Shown here piece by piece: positions 25,552-38,301 of a stretch of DNA of 64,000 nt (position 1 is the first letter of the stretch; the number at the start of each line of letters is the position of its first letter). This DNA comes from Marsupella aquatica (taxonomy: Eukaryota > Plantae > Marchantiophyta), in the NCBI GenBank assembly GCA_973895155.1, contig OZ316898.1, positions 16,413,420 through 16,477,419 on the forward strand, written 5' to 3'. The position numbers were made by a program, and so were the translations under genes. A model generated the notes under the pieces. That model was not told the origin of the DNA. It made no database searches and saw nothing but the letters and a program-made list of their open reading frames with translations.

Positions 25552-28140
25552 CACTGATTACCGTAATTAGTATCACACAAAGTATTTACGAACAAAGGTT
25601 TTTGAAGGATGTCACCATAATTAATGTGTGAGAGACTATATAAGAAGTGAGAGTAAATACATGTTATTTTAAATTAAAGGGGAGATTATTTTTGGTGACC
25701 CACAAATTAGTGTGTGATGAACACTCAATTAATGTGTGTAACTTATGAATTTTTCCAACCAGTAAGATGTATTTGCAAGGGCATATAAAATCAAAACAAT
25801 ATTTATTAAAATCAGGTTAGGAATACAATCAAAATCATACTATGACGATTGACTAAACTCCCTACTCATACTCTTGTAATCCAAGTCTACTACAATCCAT
25901 TTCCAGATCCAGAATTGTCATGTCAAGATTCATCATCTTGTGATCCGGAATCATTGCCTTCAGACTCAGAATCCACAAGCGATTCCTCTTCAGAATCACT
26001 ACTACTAATTTGTAGTGGAATTATGGAAACAATGTCAACCTTTGTATCTTGATCAGGTACATGTCGCATAGAAGGCACAGGTGTGCCTTCAAAATGAATC
26101 CTGTATTTTTGAATCAAATTTTGAAGATTTGGATTCAATTGATGTTCATGCCACACTCCATTGATATCAAGGAAAAGACCATAACAAATCACAGCCTTTC
26201 TTGCACAAGTTATCCTAGTGTGCTTGTCTTGTTGTTGATTGACCTTTTGTATAGATGCTGCAGCAAGCTTTAAGAAAAATAGTTTGCCAGGATTCTTCAC
26301 TGCTCCAAAATTCTGCCCACTTATTCGACCAGAATTTTGAAATCCATTTCCACTCATGATCGTCTTCAACTTGTGCTTCTCCCAGGCATCTGTCCACATA
26401 TCCTTGATCTTGGAGATCACAAATGAATCACAAGGTTGCGTATGGTAGCATTCAATCTCTGCAGCGTGGTGAAAGATGCTTCTGTGTAGTCATGGCCCTT
26501 GAAATTGTTGACAAAAATCACTCTTGTTTGCCCGCCTTGAAGATTGGTGACTTGGTAGCGCGGTTCATTCAACCATTGATTCTAGACGGCTCTCGTCAGA
26601 AAACCATTCTTTGCAAATCTATACACAACACCAGGAATTGTATTCTCCACATTCTTAATAGGATAAGAGCAACGATCACTCTGGAAAACAATCATAGGAA
26701 CCTCTATGATAGATCGAGACCCTCCAGTGAGACGTACGATCATGGTCATGCCTTGCCCACTAGAAACTACATCTGCATACTTGACATTGTCATCACCACA
26801 AAATCCCAGTGTCTTGCCATTGTCAATGTTGACAACGAAATGAGTTTCATCAACAGTTACAACAAGGTCTTCATTTAGGGTCCCTGCTTCAAACTCTCTC
26901 TTGAGTTGTCCCAAATGGAAAGCAATCTCTTTATCTATGTGCTCTTGCTTCTCTGCACTCACCATCAGTGTCCTTGTTTGTGCCCTACCAACAATGTTGC
27001 ATTTCCCCATAAATCTCTAAATCCAGCAAAGTGTAATCTTTTCTGAGATAGGAACTCCTCCTGACAGAAATGTTGAAGAGAATTGCGGATGAATTGATTT
27101 GTCAAGCACTTGCTTTGCCAACTGCTGCAAAAGCTTCGGTGAAAATTTCACTCCTGCCTTTCGTAATCGATTGAACTCGTCCACCGTAGACTGGTACAAC
27201 CACGTAACCCAATCCTCTGTCTTCCTGCCTTAACCTTCTCTTGCCTTCCGCAACATCTTTTGAATGATTCCATCCTGACGGACATTGATGGATATGTCTG
27301 TCTCTTTGTTGATTTGCAACCAAATTGCTTGATTCTTCCACCAATCTGCAGCCTTCTTGAGATTTGCATTCTCATTACCTTGAAATAACGTTGTGAACTC
27401 CTTAACAATCCTTGAACACAGTCGATCTTGGCCATTCGGCTCTCTATCTTGCCTCATCCACAAAACTACCTTCTTACGATCTTGCATGGTCATGACATAC
27501 TGAGGTGCTCTCTTACGCTTTGTCTGCACAGCTTCTGTACGTGCAATTAATTGATCTAGAGAAAGAGCTTCAGGTAATGAGTTTTCTAGAACATCTTTGA
27601 CAAGCTCTGCAGGTTGTTAGAAAACTCCAGTCCTCCCTATATTCCTCACTCTAAGTCGAGATTGAGCAAATACGGATATTAGAGGCGATGCAGAATGGAA
27701 ATCCATTGTGGAGAATGCTACGATTCAGAAACTTGAGAAAACACAAAGAAATTTGGCGAGAATGTTACGAGATTGGTAAACGAGTGTTGCGAAGTGTTTA
27801 GGTCACGGATGGGGCCGGCCAAGGGTTGGGAGGGTTGAGGGGAGTCTAGGGCAGAAGTTTGGCAAAACTTTAGGCAAAGTTGTGGTCGGGAGTGTACTAG
27901 GGTCGTTCCACGAGTGTGGCCTATAGTTAGGTCCTAAGTTTGACCCTGGTTTTGTAAAAGTCATCCATCAGTTTCCAAAGAAGCATTCCTTGATACTCTC
28001 CCATGAAAACAAAAACTTTTGTCTTAAGTAGTGTACTTTATATTTTTTGGAGATTTGTCCTCACACCCTTAATAGTGTGTGTTAGACTATTTATGCAGGG
28101 AGACTAAATAAGTTTATGTTACTAATTAAGGTGATCAGTG
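25552..28140 (-). mobile_element. Tc1/mariner-superfamily pogo-like DNA transposon (defective)
   Basis: TIRs CACTGATTACCGTAATTAGTA / TACTAATTAAGGTGATCAGTG (2 mismatches); flanking TA at 25550-25551 and 28141-28142; internal transposase remnants. Confidence 0.88.
25923..27706 (-). pseudogene. Pogo-like (DDE_1 type) transposase, frameshifted
   Basis: CENP-B-like HTH region (EFNRLRKAGVKFSPKLLQQLAKQVL) and catalytic blocks VTVDETHF, IFVNNFKGH (second D appears mutated to N) and QPCDSFVISKIK, spread over several frames. Confidence 0.82.
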
Positions 28141-28247
28141 TAGACGGGCCATCAAGGCCATCAAGTTTTCTGCTGGTACTATGTCATATACGAGCACAAA
28201 AGAGTGTTTTGTTTGCACTCCATGCTGGTTGGCTATCTCTTCCTGCT

Positions 28248-28443
28248 TCAATTTCTACTCTACTCGGTACATGTTAAAGTGGCTCCAGACTATCCTGTTC
28301 TTTGGTTCCTAGGTAGGTGTGCAAAGAGTGAAAGGGGCGTGCATCAATTTCTACTCTACTAGGTACATGTTAAAGTGGCTCCCAGACTGGATTACTGTTC
28401 TTTGGTTCCTAGGTAGGTGTGCAAAGAGTGAAAGGGGCGTGCA
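28248..28443 (+). repeat. Two-copy tandem duplication (96/100 bp) in the PHR2 upstream region
   Basis: TCAATTTCTACTCTACT...GAAAGGGGCGTGCA occurs at 28248-28343 and 28344-28443; a (TGG)8 tract follows at 28543-28566. Confidence 0.92.
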
Positions 28444-28683
28444 GCCTGCTTCGTTCCTAGTTTGATGTGGAAAATTGTGCGTGAGCCGTTAGGAGAGCAA
28501 ACGAATGAGCTACCTCTCATGTAACTCTCGGACAACGCGGCGTGGTGGTGGTGGTGGTGGTGGTGGTTCTACCCACATTACACTTTTGCTGTCCTACTAT
28601 TGACAGAAGAGCACGTTCACAACGACACACACCACACTCACGTTCACAGCGCGCAGGGCAGTAGGCACAGGCCAGAGAGGGAG

Positions 28684-31600
28684 ATGGCAGACTTCCGAGA
28701 TCTCGAGCTCATATTGGATACGAACCTGGATAGGGCAGGAATCGTTGCTGATGCGCCATCTCTTGATTTTCGGAAGTCAGCCACAAAAAATGCCGGTGAG
28801 GAATTTCGGTCTTCGGATCCTTCTGGTGGACGAGCGGAACTGGCAGAAGATGGTGGTCATGGTCATGACGGCCGGACGGAGGCGCTTGTGTATGGCCTGG
28901 CACCCAATCCTGTCCCGGGGGCAGCGTCTCTGAGCTTGGCCATGGGCTCCACGCTTTCTCTCAATGTTGTTGTCCCTCCGTCGACTCGTCTTGTCAACCT
29001 GGCTGTTGGCGGTCAATCATCATCGACAGCCAAGAAGGTGGTTGTTGCCAAGCCAGCGGACACGTCTTGCAGGAGCGCTCTGAATCCCAGCCCTGTTGTG
29101 GGCTCCGCCAAGGTGCTGGTGGCTGCCACTCCCCCCCTTCAGAGTGTGCACAATGGCAGCAAGCTTGCGAGCTTCATCTCCCCATTTCCAGATTACCAAA
29201 GGCTCAGGGATCGCAATTTTGGGGAACCCAAGAACCCCGCTGGCCTGCGAAGGGCCACTATTGTCTGGTTTAGGAACGATCTGCGTGTCCACGACAACGA
29301 GGCTCTGGTCAATGCCAGCAATGAATCTGTGTCAATTCTCCCCGTCTACTGCTTTGATCCTCGTGACTATGGAAAATCGTCATCGGGATTTGACAAAACC
29401 GGTCCATACAGAGCCAAGTTTCTTTTGGAATGTGTGGCCAGTTTGCGAGAGAATTTGAGGCAAAGAGGCTCGGAGCTGATCGTGAGAATTGGGAAGCCCG
29501 AGGAGGTGTTACTCACGCTAGCAAAGAGTGTTAGAGCCGATGCCCTTTACGCTCACCAAGAAGTAGCTATCGAGGAGATGGTCGCCGAGACGAAGGTCAC
29601 TGCTGCACTGAAGGAGAAAGGAGTGGACCCGAAATTCTTCTGGGGAAGTACCTTGTTCCACATTGATGACCTTCCGTTCAAGCTGGACGAAATGCCTTCC
29701 AACTATGGTGGCTTCAGAGAGAAAGTACAGCAATTGGAAGTGAGAGCTACTATACCTGCTGCCAAGCAGCTGAAAGGGTTGCCTAATCGTGGCAGCGTCA
29801 AGGCTGGAGATATTCCATCCCTTCAAGACCTAGGATTGAATCCAACTTCTGCCAAGCGACCAGTAAGTTATATTGTCTCATTTGTTTGAGAGACAATGGC
29901 ATCATCTACTCACCAATCTCATCGAATTATGTTTCATTTTTTAGCTGAGGATCTGTTTGTGTTTGAACGTAAAGCCCTCGCCCGTTAGTAAGCAAGAGCA
30001 TATTCTTCGAGTCATGTGATTGGAGTTTTGTCGTGTTATCTGTGCTTCTCTCAGGATCCTGGGCGTGGTAAAACCTATATTAACTTTCAAATCCTTGGGT
30101 TGCTGTGGGCAAGATGAATTTGAATATAAAGATATAGACCAACCCATTCAGGAATCTGTATTAGTATTACGAATATTACAGGATGGGGAATGCGATGGGG
30201 ATGGTGGGGGTGCCTACCCCTTCTTCCCCCAAGTACTAGTTCTTTTGTGTTTTCTTAAGGGTTTCAAACAAGTTCCAACTTCTGTAAGTTACTGATCGCC
30301 ATAGGTAATTGAAACGCGTACCAATCACAGTCAATGCACAGCTGCAAATATGGAGACTTTTCTGTATACAATATTGCAGTTCTAGGTCTCTATGTTGTTT
30401 CCTTCATGAAGGTGAGGATCATGCGTGACATTATTTTTTACAGCGCACTTAGACCTTAAAAGGACTTCTGAGGAAAATGATTCCTATCTCTCGTAGTAAG
30501 ACAATTTTGCACCAAACATAATCAGGTGCCGACTGCAGACTTTTTTTTGTCAGATTGGTGTGTATTGAATTTGGTGAGAACCTAATGTACGTGTAGACTG
30601 CAGACTCTTAATGGTCTTCAGGTTAGTATTGATCTCTATATCCCCTGAGGAGTTCTGCGTTTTCTGCTCCAGATGCATTTTCCACCTCTTAACCTTGTTT
30701 TGAACACCGGAAAGGACGGCTTTTGTGATCTTTCTTCGCCACTTCCTGTTGGGAGTTGATTTTAGATTTGTACTTGGCTAAGTAGGAGTATTTGGTTTAA
30801 GTAAGGTGTGAAGCGAGTGAAGTCGGATTGTCTCTGCACCCCACAACCTCTCTCACAGATATATCTGAGGGAGAAAGGGAAAAATGTTAGACTCAACTCA
30901 TAAGAGTGGCCCTTTCCTAGGGGCGATTGTGTTGAGAAGACCTGATTTAGCGTGATCATTGACTTGCCATTTAGAGAGAATTCAACTTGATTTGAATGCC
31001 TGGCACTGAGTTTTCACATCCTTGCTAAGCAGGAGAAAAGTACTCCATACGGAGGTGCTCGACTGGTAGGAGGTGAAGAGGAGGCATTGCAGAGACTCAA
31101 GAGTTTTTCGATCGAGACATCAAGTCTGTCCACGAGCAAAAGTAGTGACGGGAAGAAGACTGGCGACAGCATCTATGGTGCCAACTTTTCTTGCAAAATT
31201 TCTCCTTGGCTAGCCACGGGATGTCTTTCCCCACGCCGTATGTTTGAAGATCTAAAGAAGAGCACAAGCAGGTAACCTCAAAACTTTGCACAGGTGTTCC
31301 CAGAGCTCTTTTGAACTCACTGTCTAGAATGCTCCCCGGCAGGAGATATCTTCCTCGATAGAGATATGTTCACAAATTTGGGGATGTGATCAGCTTACGG
31401 TTCAGCACGTGACTTCTTAGGACTTGTCCAGTTCTGGTGTCGCAAGGCCACGAGTTGATCAAGTTCTATTGTGCTGCAGACCCTGAACGATAGAAACTAA
31501 TTTGGAATATATATAGATAAATTATTCTTGGTAGTGTTGTGGAGTTCCATTTTGGAGGCTTAATGCGTGGGACCATAGATCTCGCGTAACGGATGAATTC

Positions 31601-31998
31601 TTGACCCTATTTCTCAGGTCTGTTTCAGCGTCAACCGGGAAAAGTGCAGTAAGCGGTGTGGAGGGTGATGGGCTCAACTGGCTTGTCTTCGAGCTCCTAT
31701 GGAGAGATTTCTTCAGGTTCGTATCTGATACTTCATCATTCCGCGGTGCCCACCTATGCTCAAACAGGTTTCCACTGGAGTAGAATTCCAAGTTTTCTCC
31801 CAGATAATTTTATGTTGAATAAGTGAAATTTCTTGGTCTTGCAAATGAGATGGCGAAGGTCCATTTGGTTCAACAGGTGGTTGTCTTACCATCAACAATT
31901 GATGTGTCAGATTCATCACAAAGAAGTTTGGTGATGGCAAGAGATTAAACGACTCTACTCCAGCAACAGCCTGCACTGGTTCGCCTGTACCTGCGTAG
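28684..31998 (+). CDS. PHR2: Photolyase/blue-light receptor PHR2; exons 28684-29862, 31033-31271, 31618-31716, 31911-31998; 534 aa
   Basis: IVWFRNDLRVHDNEAL, PVYCFDPRDYGKSSSGFDKTGPYRA, FWGSTLFH, GANFSCKISPWLATGCLSPR, WLVFELLWRDFFRFITKK and terminal PATACTG. Three GT-AG introns have consistent phases (0,2,2) and the spliced frame is open. Start ATG inferred. Confidence 0.95.
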
Positions 31999-32809
31999 CC
32001 TGAAAGGATAACAATGAGAATCTAATTACCAAGCCGATTGATGTAGTACTTACTACTAACTGAACTAGATGTGTAATTCAATTCATGTTTAGTCGCCGTA
32101 AGGAAGTGTTCTTGAGGTGCAAAGCCAGGAATGTGGCAAGGTGGTTGTACTGCGTGGATGCCAGGCTGTATTGCAAAGAATTTGTTGATCGAGTAGATAT
32201 GTCGAAAGGCTCGTCTACGTTTTGTGTTCTACAAGGTCAGTTCAGGAGATTATTTCAGTAACCGAGGTGCGAATTGGCTGCAATCTTTTCTCCATCACAT
32301 TCAGTACGCTACGCTAAGAAGATATCATGTAAATGAGGTCTTCATAGCTGCATTGTTATGGTTTCTTCAATGTCGTTTCCGGACGGTTTAGGTAATGGTG
32401 GTTCTCGTAAGTCTGTTCAAGGGTACGGATTCTATTACCATTGTCCGGCACTGGTTAGAACTCTCTTGAAGAGAAGACTTCAAAATTATCCTAGCCTCGG
32501 AGATATGACATATACAGGGTGTGTAGCACATTGCACATAATCACCTGCCTGATAGTCATCAACAACTATCCTTTTCCTTGGGATCATCCTGGCAATTGTG
32601 TAGTGGTGGAAAATGTGGCTTCTAGTACTAGAAGAATTCTGGTTTGGTGGTTTAATCAGATACGGAATTGAAATGCATGAGACCTGCCAGCAATTAAAAA
32701 GCCGGGTTCACCTTAAGAGTGTCAGTTAAGGTGAGAGATATTGAATATTGATACTTTCAATGGAGAGTCCATTAGCCAAGTTTCCAAAGTATGCGTGCAT
32801 TCCCAATTT

Positions 32810-33230
32810 AGATTTAAAAATTGAGCACAAGTACTCACTATAATCTTAATTTTTTAATTTTTTAATATTATTAAAATATTTAATTTTTGATTATTTTGTT
32901 ATTAAAAATTTTTTAATTCATAAAAATTTTTAAATATAAAAAATAATGATAAATTATATATTTAAATATTTTTAGTGACAATATAAATATAATATATAAA
33001 TTATTTTTTAATTTATACAAAATGTATTTTTAGTTCTTGTAATCACTAGAAGACAAAATATATATATATATAATAATAATTACAAGAACTAAAACTATAT
33101 TTTATATAAAAAATATAAATACACAAAAAAGATTGATTTATAAATAGAATATATAGAGAATTATTTTGTATGTAAAAGATAAATAATAATTACAAATTTA
33201 ACTTGAAAACTAAATTTCTTTATATTTCTA
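32810..33230. repeat. Extremely AT-rich low-complexity tract with an internal inverted repeat
   Basis: Almost only A/T; TTTTAGTTCTTGTAAT (~33027) pairs with ATTACAAGAACTAAAA (~33079). Confidence 0.6.
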
Positions 33231-34599
33231 TTCTCTATGAAATTTTTCTCCACCGTACATTAACACTAAAATCCCAAATTCTTTATGGGTCCCTTGCAAA
33301 TTCCCAGGCATGAGGATGCGCCACATTAGCGAGGATGGTGACAGATAGGACAGAGCAAGTTTTTTGGAAAACAAAAAAGTCTGTCATGTTTATGTTCATA
33401 TTTGTGTCAATTATGGGACACTATGACATAATTTTTAAGTGTAAAAAAATTAGAATACAAAGGAAGAGATGTCATGTTCTTCACTGTAACCGTATTAGTT
33501 ATCTTTTGAATGTTTTTAAATTGTTTACTATTTAATTAGAGAGATACCAACGAGAGATGATTGTGAAGAGGGTACTGTCATTTTTGTCACATTGCATCGA
33601 AGAAACGGAAGAGCGATCTTCAACTGAGTTTTGAGTTTGACTTGTGAGACGAATGGTGGATATTGTATGATTGTATAACTGGCACACACTTAACGAACCA
33701 TTACTGACTCAAGAAATGCAACATCAAAAAATGTCCACCTCCCTTTCTTGATGAAGAGATGTCCCAATCTCGTCACCATCACAAACTTAGCCGTTGAAAA
33801 TTGATTTCTTTGACTATATCATCATCGCTTGTCCGCAACGCTTGCTTCCCAACTTGAATTGTTCACATCCCTCCAAGCTTCAACTGAAGCTCACTCTGAA
33901 CAAAGGTTGACGCCAAATGCAACCTATATGTTGAAGAGACAATCGCTAGTCTCCCCCTCACACCATAGCTTTCTTAAATATAAACAAACTACAAAACCTT
34001 CATGTGAATGATGGCTCATCCGTTTCGTGCGTTCTTCCCATCAAAATGACAAGTTCTCTTCCACCAACAGTTGAGTGTTGTCCTTTGGTTTGTCTTGTGG
34101 TTGTAATGCTCAACATAACTCACAAACAATCAATCAAGATGGTAGAAACACGATTTCTGCAATGTGTAAGCAAAAACCATAAAAACACTCAATTCCTCCA
34201 CGTTCAACCTTCCGTTTGATAAACTAGAGATATCATCTCAACCAGATTGATCTCCTCTATATTTTGAGCATTCTCTTTTGTACGAGCACACACCAAGACC
34301 ACTGGGAAACTTGAAACCATCAGTTACCGCCTTGCTAAAACTTGATTTTACTTCATCACACACATTCCTTGGATAAACATGGGGGTCCACGGATAAATTT
34401 TTGCAATAACCGTATTGATCAAGTACACAATGGCCCCAAACATAAATTAAATGGCCACAACAATGAAATGGCTGCAATAATAAAATGGTATGTAATGACA
34501 ATTGTGCAAGGCATGATTGTACAATGGGGTATATACATATATACAATAAAACATATCAAATCAAACATTAAAAAAGCTCTCTTGCCTAAAAGCTTCCAT

Positions 34600-34715
34600 G
34601 CAATCAACTTGACATCTTTTATTGCCTCAATATCTTTTTTTGTCCTCGACATCTTCTATCACCTCAAGATCTTTCATCACCTCGACATATATCTTGCATG
34701 CAACGCACGGGCTAG
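34600..34715 (+). mobile_element. Helitron 3' terminus (third copy; 5' end not located)
   Basis: ACATCTT-type repeats followed by TGCAACGCACGGG-CTAG|T, like the termini at 16211 and 25433. Confidence 0.55.
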
Positions 34716-35229
34716 TAGGAACATAATAGCAATCTAAACACTCTTCACAAATGCTTGTGCAATTATTGTCGTCCACCTGATCGCTTTGTTTCGTCGAATG
34801 GGAATACTCTGCTTCTAAGAAGTCATATTTCCCAAGTATGAATAGGCGATCTGGTGAATGAAGTTTCAACCTTTGAACCCACAAGTCACACAAGCTCTCG
34901 GATAGATGCAAGAGCAAATCATGAATTATTTCATAAACACTTGGCATAGGTAGAAACAAAAAACATGGAAGTAACTCCATTTAGAAATATTCAAGTTCGC
35001 TTTTGCTTAGCTATGGCAAGGGGCATGAGAAAGAGCATAAAAGCACCAAAAATTAAGATGCTAAGGAGTTCACAAGCCGTAATAGAACTTGAAAATGTGG
35101 CTATCAGACCTATGCTTTGGGACTGAACACATATTTAATAATTTTCACTCACAAAACATAGTCCCTTATCATTTTGGGTTCTTAGGGGTGTGCTAAATGG
35201 AAACAAACCATGACAGCAACATGCTATCT

Positions 35230-35580
35230 CCTTGTGTTGGTTCAATCTTTCTTGTTATCTTTTGAAATCTCTGCAAGAACCGTCGTAGAGATTCTTTGGT
35301 TCTCATTCGCATTTGCCGACATTCATCTTTGCCTCCATCTCCTCCCCTACCTTTCTAAAGTCTTGTAGAAAGACTATTTTGAATGTAACCCAAATCTTGA
35401 CGTATTGCTGCTTGAACTCCATTGTACCATTGTCGAGCCTCCCCTCTTAGCACTTCTGCCAAGGTGGTAAGCTTGATTGCATATTCTCCATTTGCTTGCA
35501 TAGTATCTTCAAGATCTTCCAGCCACTCATCTGGATCCTCTTTACCTTTTCCCCACGGGATGTTTTCTATTGAAACCTTG
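35230..35580 (-). pseudogene. Gypsy gag fragment
   Basis: GKGKEDPDEWLEDLEDTMQANGEYAIKLTTLAEVLRGEARQWYN is homologous to the gag at ~60580-60720 (DDPDEWLDEFEATAKANGEDAIKLTILPEVMRGEARPWYN). Confidence 0.85.
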
Positions 35581-35913
35581 CACGATGTGATGGTACCGCC
35601 ATGCTTAGTAGTGATGTTGCTACACCAGCTCTCCTTCTTGGCGATACTGATCTGGACAGTCTTGCCAACCCAACTTGGTTGATCAATCCACCCGGATGAC
35701 CATACCACTACTCCATGTCATCCATGAATGAATTGTATCACAAATAATTGATTTCCACTCAACACAACTATTTCCAACCATTCATGAATAAACTACTACA
35801 ATTTCTAAACTAGTTGAACCTCTATATCTCCAATCCATACGTCTAAACCTCCAATCATCTTGCATGCTCCTAGCTTAGTTTCTACAAGTAACTATGATTT
35901 ACAATTGGGATCA

Positions 35914-37400
35914 TGTAACGCCGCTAGCACGGCTGGTAATCAGTAATACAGCTTAATCCATATTTAGCACGTATAAAGTAGATGTAAAGTCAAAGTCAAA
36001 GTCAAAGTCTAAGCTCCACGACGACCCAATGAGTCAAGGGAGCTATGGCAAAAAAGCCAAATACAAAGCAAAGAAATGAGTCAAATGCTCATGTGAGGAT
36101 CTCTACATCCTCACTACTAACAAACTAAGGACCTTAAGAGTCACTAATGTGTAATGTTATCACATCGTTTCCTATCCACTGCCATGATATACAATCCAAG
36201 TTGCTTTGGTGGCAACCTAAATAGATCATGCAGATCAGAAACAAGGAATTGATGTGCTACTTGAACCTCCTCATACCGTCTACATGCTATGAATACATGA
36301 TATTCATTCTCAATGCTACCACTATCACAAAGTCTACACACCCTATCCTGTCTCCTAATTCCCTTCCATATACCCTCCTCTACCTCCAAGTGATGTGAGC
36401 TGAGTCTATATCTAGCAATCACTTGTCTCAACCTCATAGAAATGGGAGCTCTAAGATACTCTTGTTCTTCATACAACATCATGGGGTTTACATCCCTCAT
36501 AAAATACTGTAATCTAGGGCTAGGATCACTCCAAAGTTTTCTAATAGCTTTATCACGCAAGAGTGACCAAAGCTTCTTTGGTTGAGTATGCCATTCATGC
36601 TCAGATAAGTCTCATGATTGGGCCCAGCTACATACATCAGCATACCAACCAAAAGCTCTAGATATGTGAAAGGCTTGCGTAGGTAGCCTAGAATCATTCA
36701 ACGCCTCCACTCTCCTAGCATATTGAAGAGTGTGATAGAGAGCTTTGACCTCCAATGGTAGAAGACCTGCCTCAGCCAATAACAAGGGGTATGGGGTTTG
36801 GGTTTTCACTCCAAGCTCCATCTCCAAGAAACTTTTGGATGGCCTCTACCTTTTTCCAACCAGATTGAGAAGTAGAAGGGCCCCATACTTGCACCCCATA
36901 AAGAATAACAGGCCTTACCAAGGAATTGAAGAGTTGTTTCTTCAACTTCCAAGTGGAAAGGCTTGAATGCTCCCTTGCACTTCTGAACCATGTTGTACAA
37001 GTCCGTAGTTATAAGCATAACAACATTAAATTAGTTAGTCATGATGATTAGGCCAATAATGATGAGAGTTCACACTCGGGCTGGCAACACAACACCTGAC
37101 ATACCGCCAGATTAGGAGCGCGTTATGGCTATCAGCCTCGGGTCCGTATAACTGACCCGGTATCAAAATCTTTAGCATGAGACTTGGACTAGAGGAGTGA
37201 TCGGTAAGCTTCGGGTGTGATAAGCTTGGCCTATCACAAGTAGGAGGAGCCAATCATTTGAACACTATGAGGGTATAAAAGGCAAGTTTTCCCCGCCTTT
37301 GTCTCACCAGTTCACTCCTCGCACCAACTTTGAGCTCATCTCCTCCTCTCCCCACTTAGCAATTCAGCCAGTCTTTGATAAGCCACTATGGTGCGTCCCA
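35914..37400 (+). mobile_element. Gypsy LTR related to the LTR at 58715, interrupted by a LINE; right end not defined
   Basis: Begins TGTAACGCCGCTAGCACGGC (cf. TGTGACGCCGCCGGTACGGC). Similarity resumes after the LINE (AGCATAAC, TCGGGCTGGC, GGTATAAAA box at 37272). Confidence 0.7.
35986..37000 (-). mobile_element. 5'-truncated LINE (RTE-X/L2/CR1-like) with a (GACTTT)4 3' tail
   Basis: ORF2 C-terminus: LVRPVILYGVQVWG, LLAEAGLLPL, IARYRLSSHHLEVEEGIW..RQDRVCRLCDSGSIENEYHVFIAC. Tail AAAGTC x4 at 35986-36009. Confidence 0.88.
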
Positions 37401-38301
37401 TGGCTCCCTAAACCCAAGAAACCCCCCAGCACAAGCCGATTCCCGCAGGTTTCGCGCTTGGCGAGGCCGTTTCCGCGGCTTAGCGGCATGGGACGCTGCT
37501 AATCTCCTTCTACTATTACTATTAGCCTTTTACACACATATACTGGACAGATCCTTCATCGGGTCATGAGATACGTAGCCGGCCTAATCTAGGCCTTCCC
37601 TTGTCTTCCTCTCCTTCTGGTTAGGTATGTTTGGATTCCGCCGCAGGAATGATCCCCAATAGGCTTGGTTAAGCCGCTAAGACCTCTCTCAGCTCGATAC
37701 ATCCAACTCTCACTCCCTTGCTTACTTTCCTTCCTTCTGGTTGATGTGGGCACTCTTCACACAAGTTAATGCGACACACAAATAGCAAAATGACTCCTTC
37801 TGACTGAGTCATACCATGCACTTGCCATACAAACAGTACATCTCATACACAAGCCTGCGAACTAAGCCGTGAGGCCAACTCTATTCAGCTCTTAGGCATG
37901 AGGAAACATGAATATACACAAGGTCACGGTATGACTAACCGAGAGCTTCTCTTACTACTTGATCCCAGCCCGGCTGGTGCAAACTAAAAACTTGCTAAAG
38001 AAGAGGCCCTGAGCTCCCCGCTGCCCAAGTATTTATCTTGGTAGTGGATCCGCCTAATTCTTTGCAGCGTAAGCCTAACCTACCTAACAGTAATCTACCT
38101 GCCCGAATCTACCTATGTACAGCAAGGCAGGAGCACAAGTGTTGCTCCTACCAGTGGAACCGCAATCCCACTAAGCTAAGTGTCAGGGCCGCTCCTGGTC
38201 CTGATCCTAATCCTAAACTTGGAGATCAGTGCCCGCCCTGCCCACTCACGCCTCCTACCTCCATGTCCGCCCTTCCTAAAAGGAACGGCGCCCTTGCATC
38301 G

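Noticed and set aside
25552-28140. CACTA/CACTG-superfamily element, because the termini start CACTG
   Set aside because: It is flanked by TA and encodes a pogo-like DDD transposase; there is no 3-bp TSD and no TnpA/TnpD.
28600-28683. N-terminal extension of PHR2 from the TTG start given in the ORF track
   Set aside because: A non-ATG start is unlikely in a plant nuclear gene; ATG 28684 has a good context (GAGATGG).
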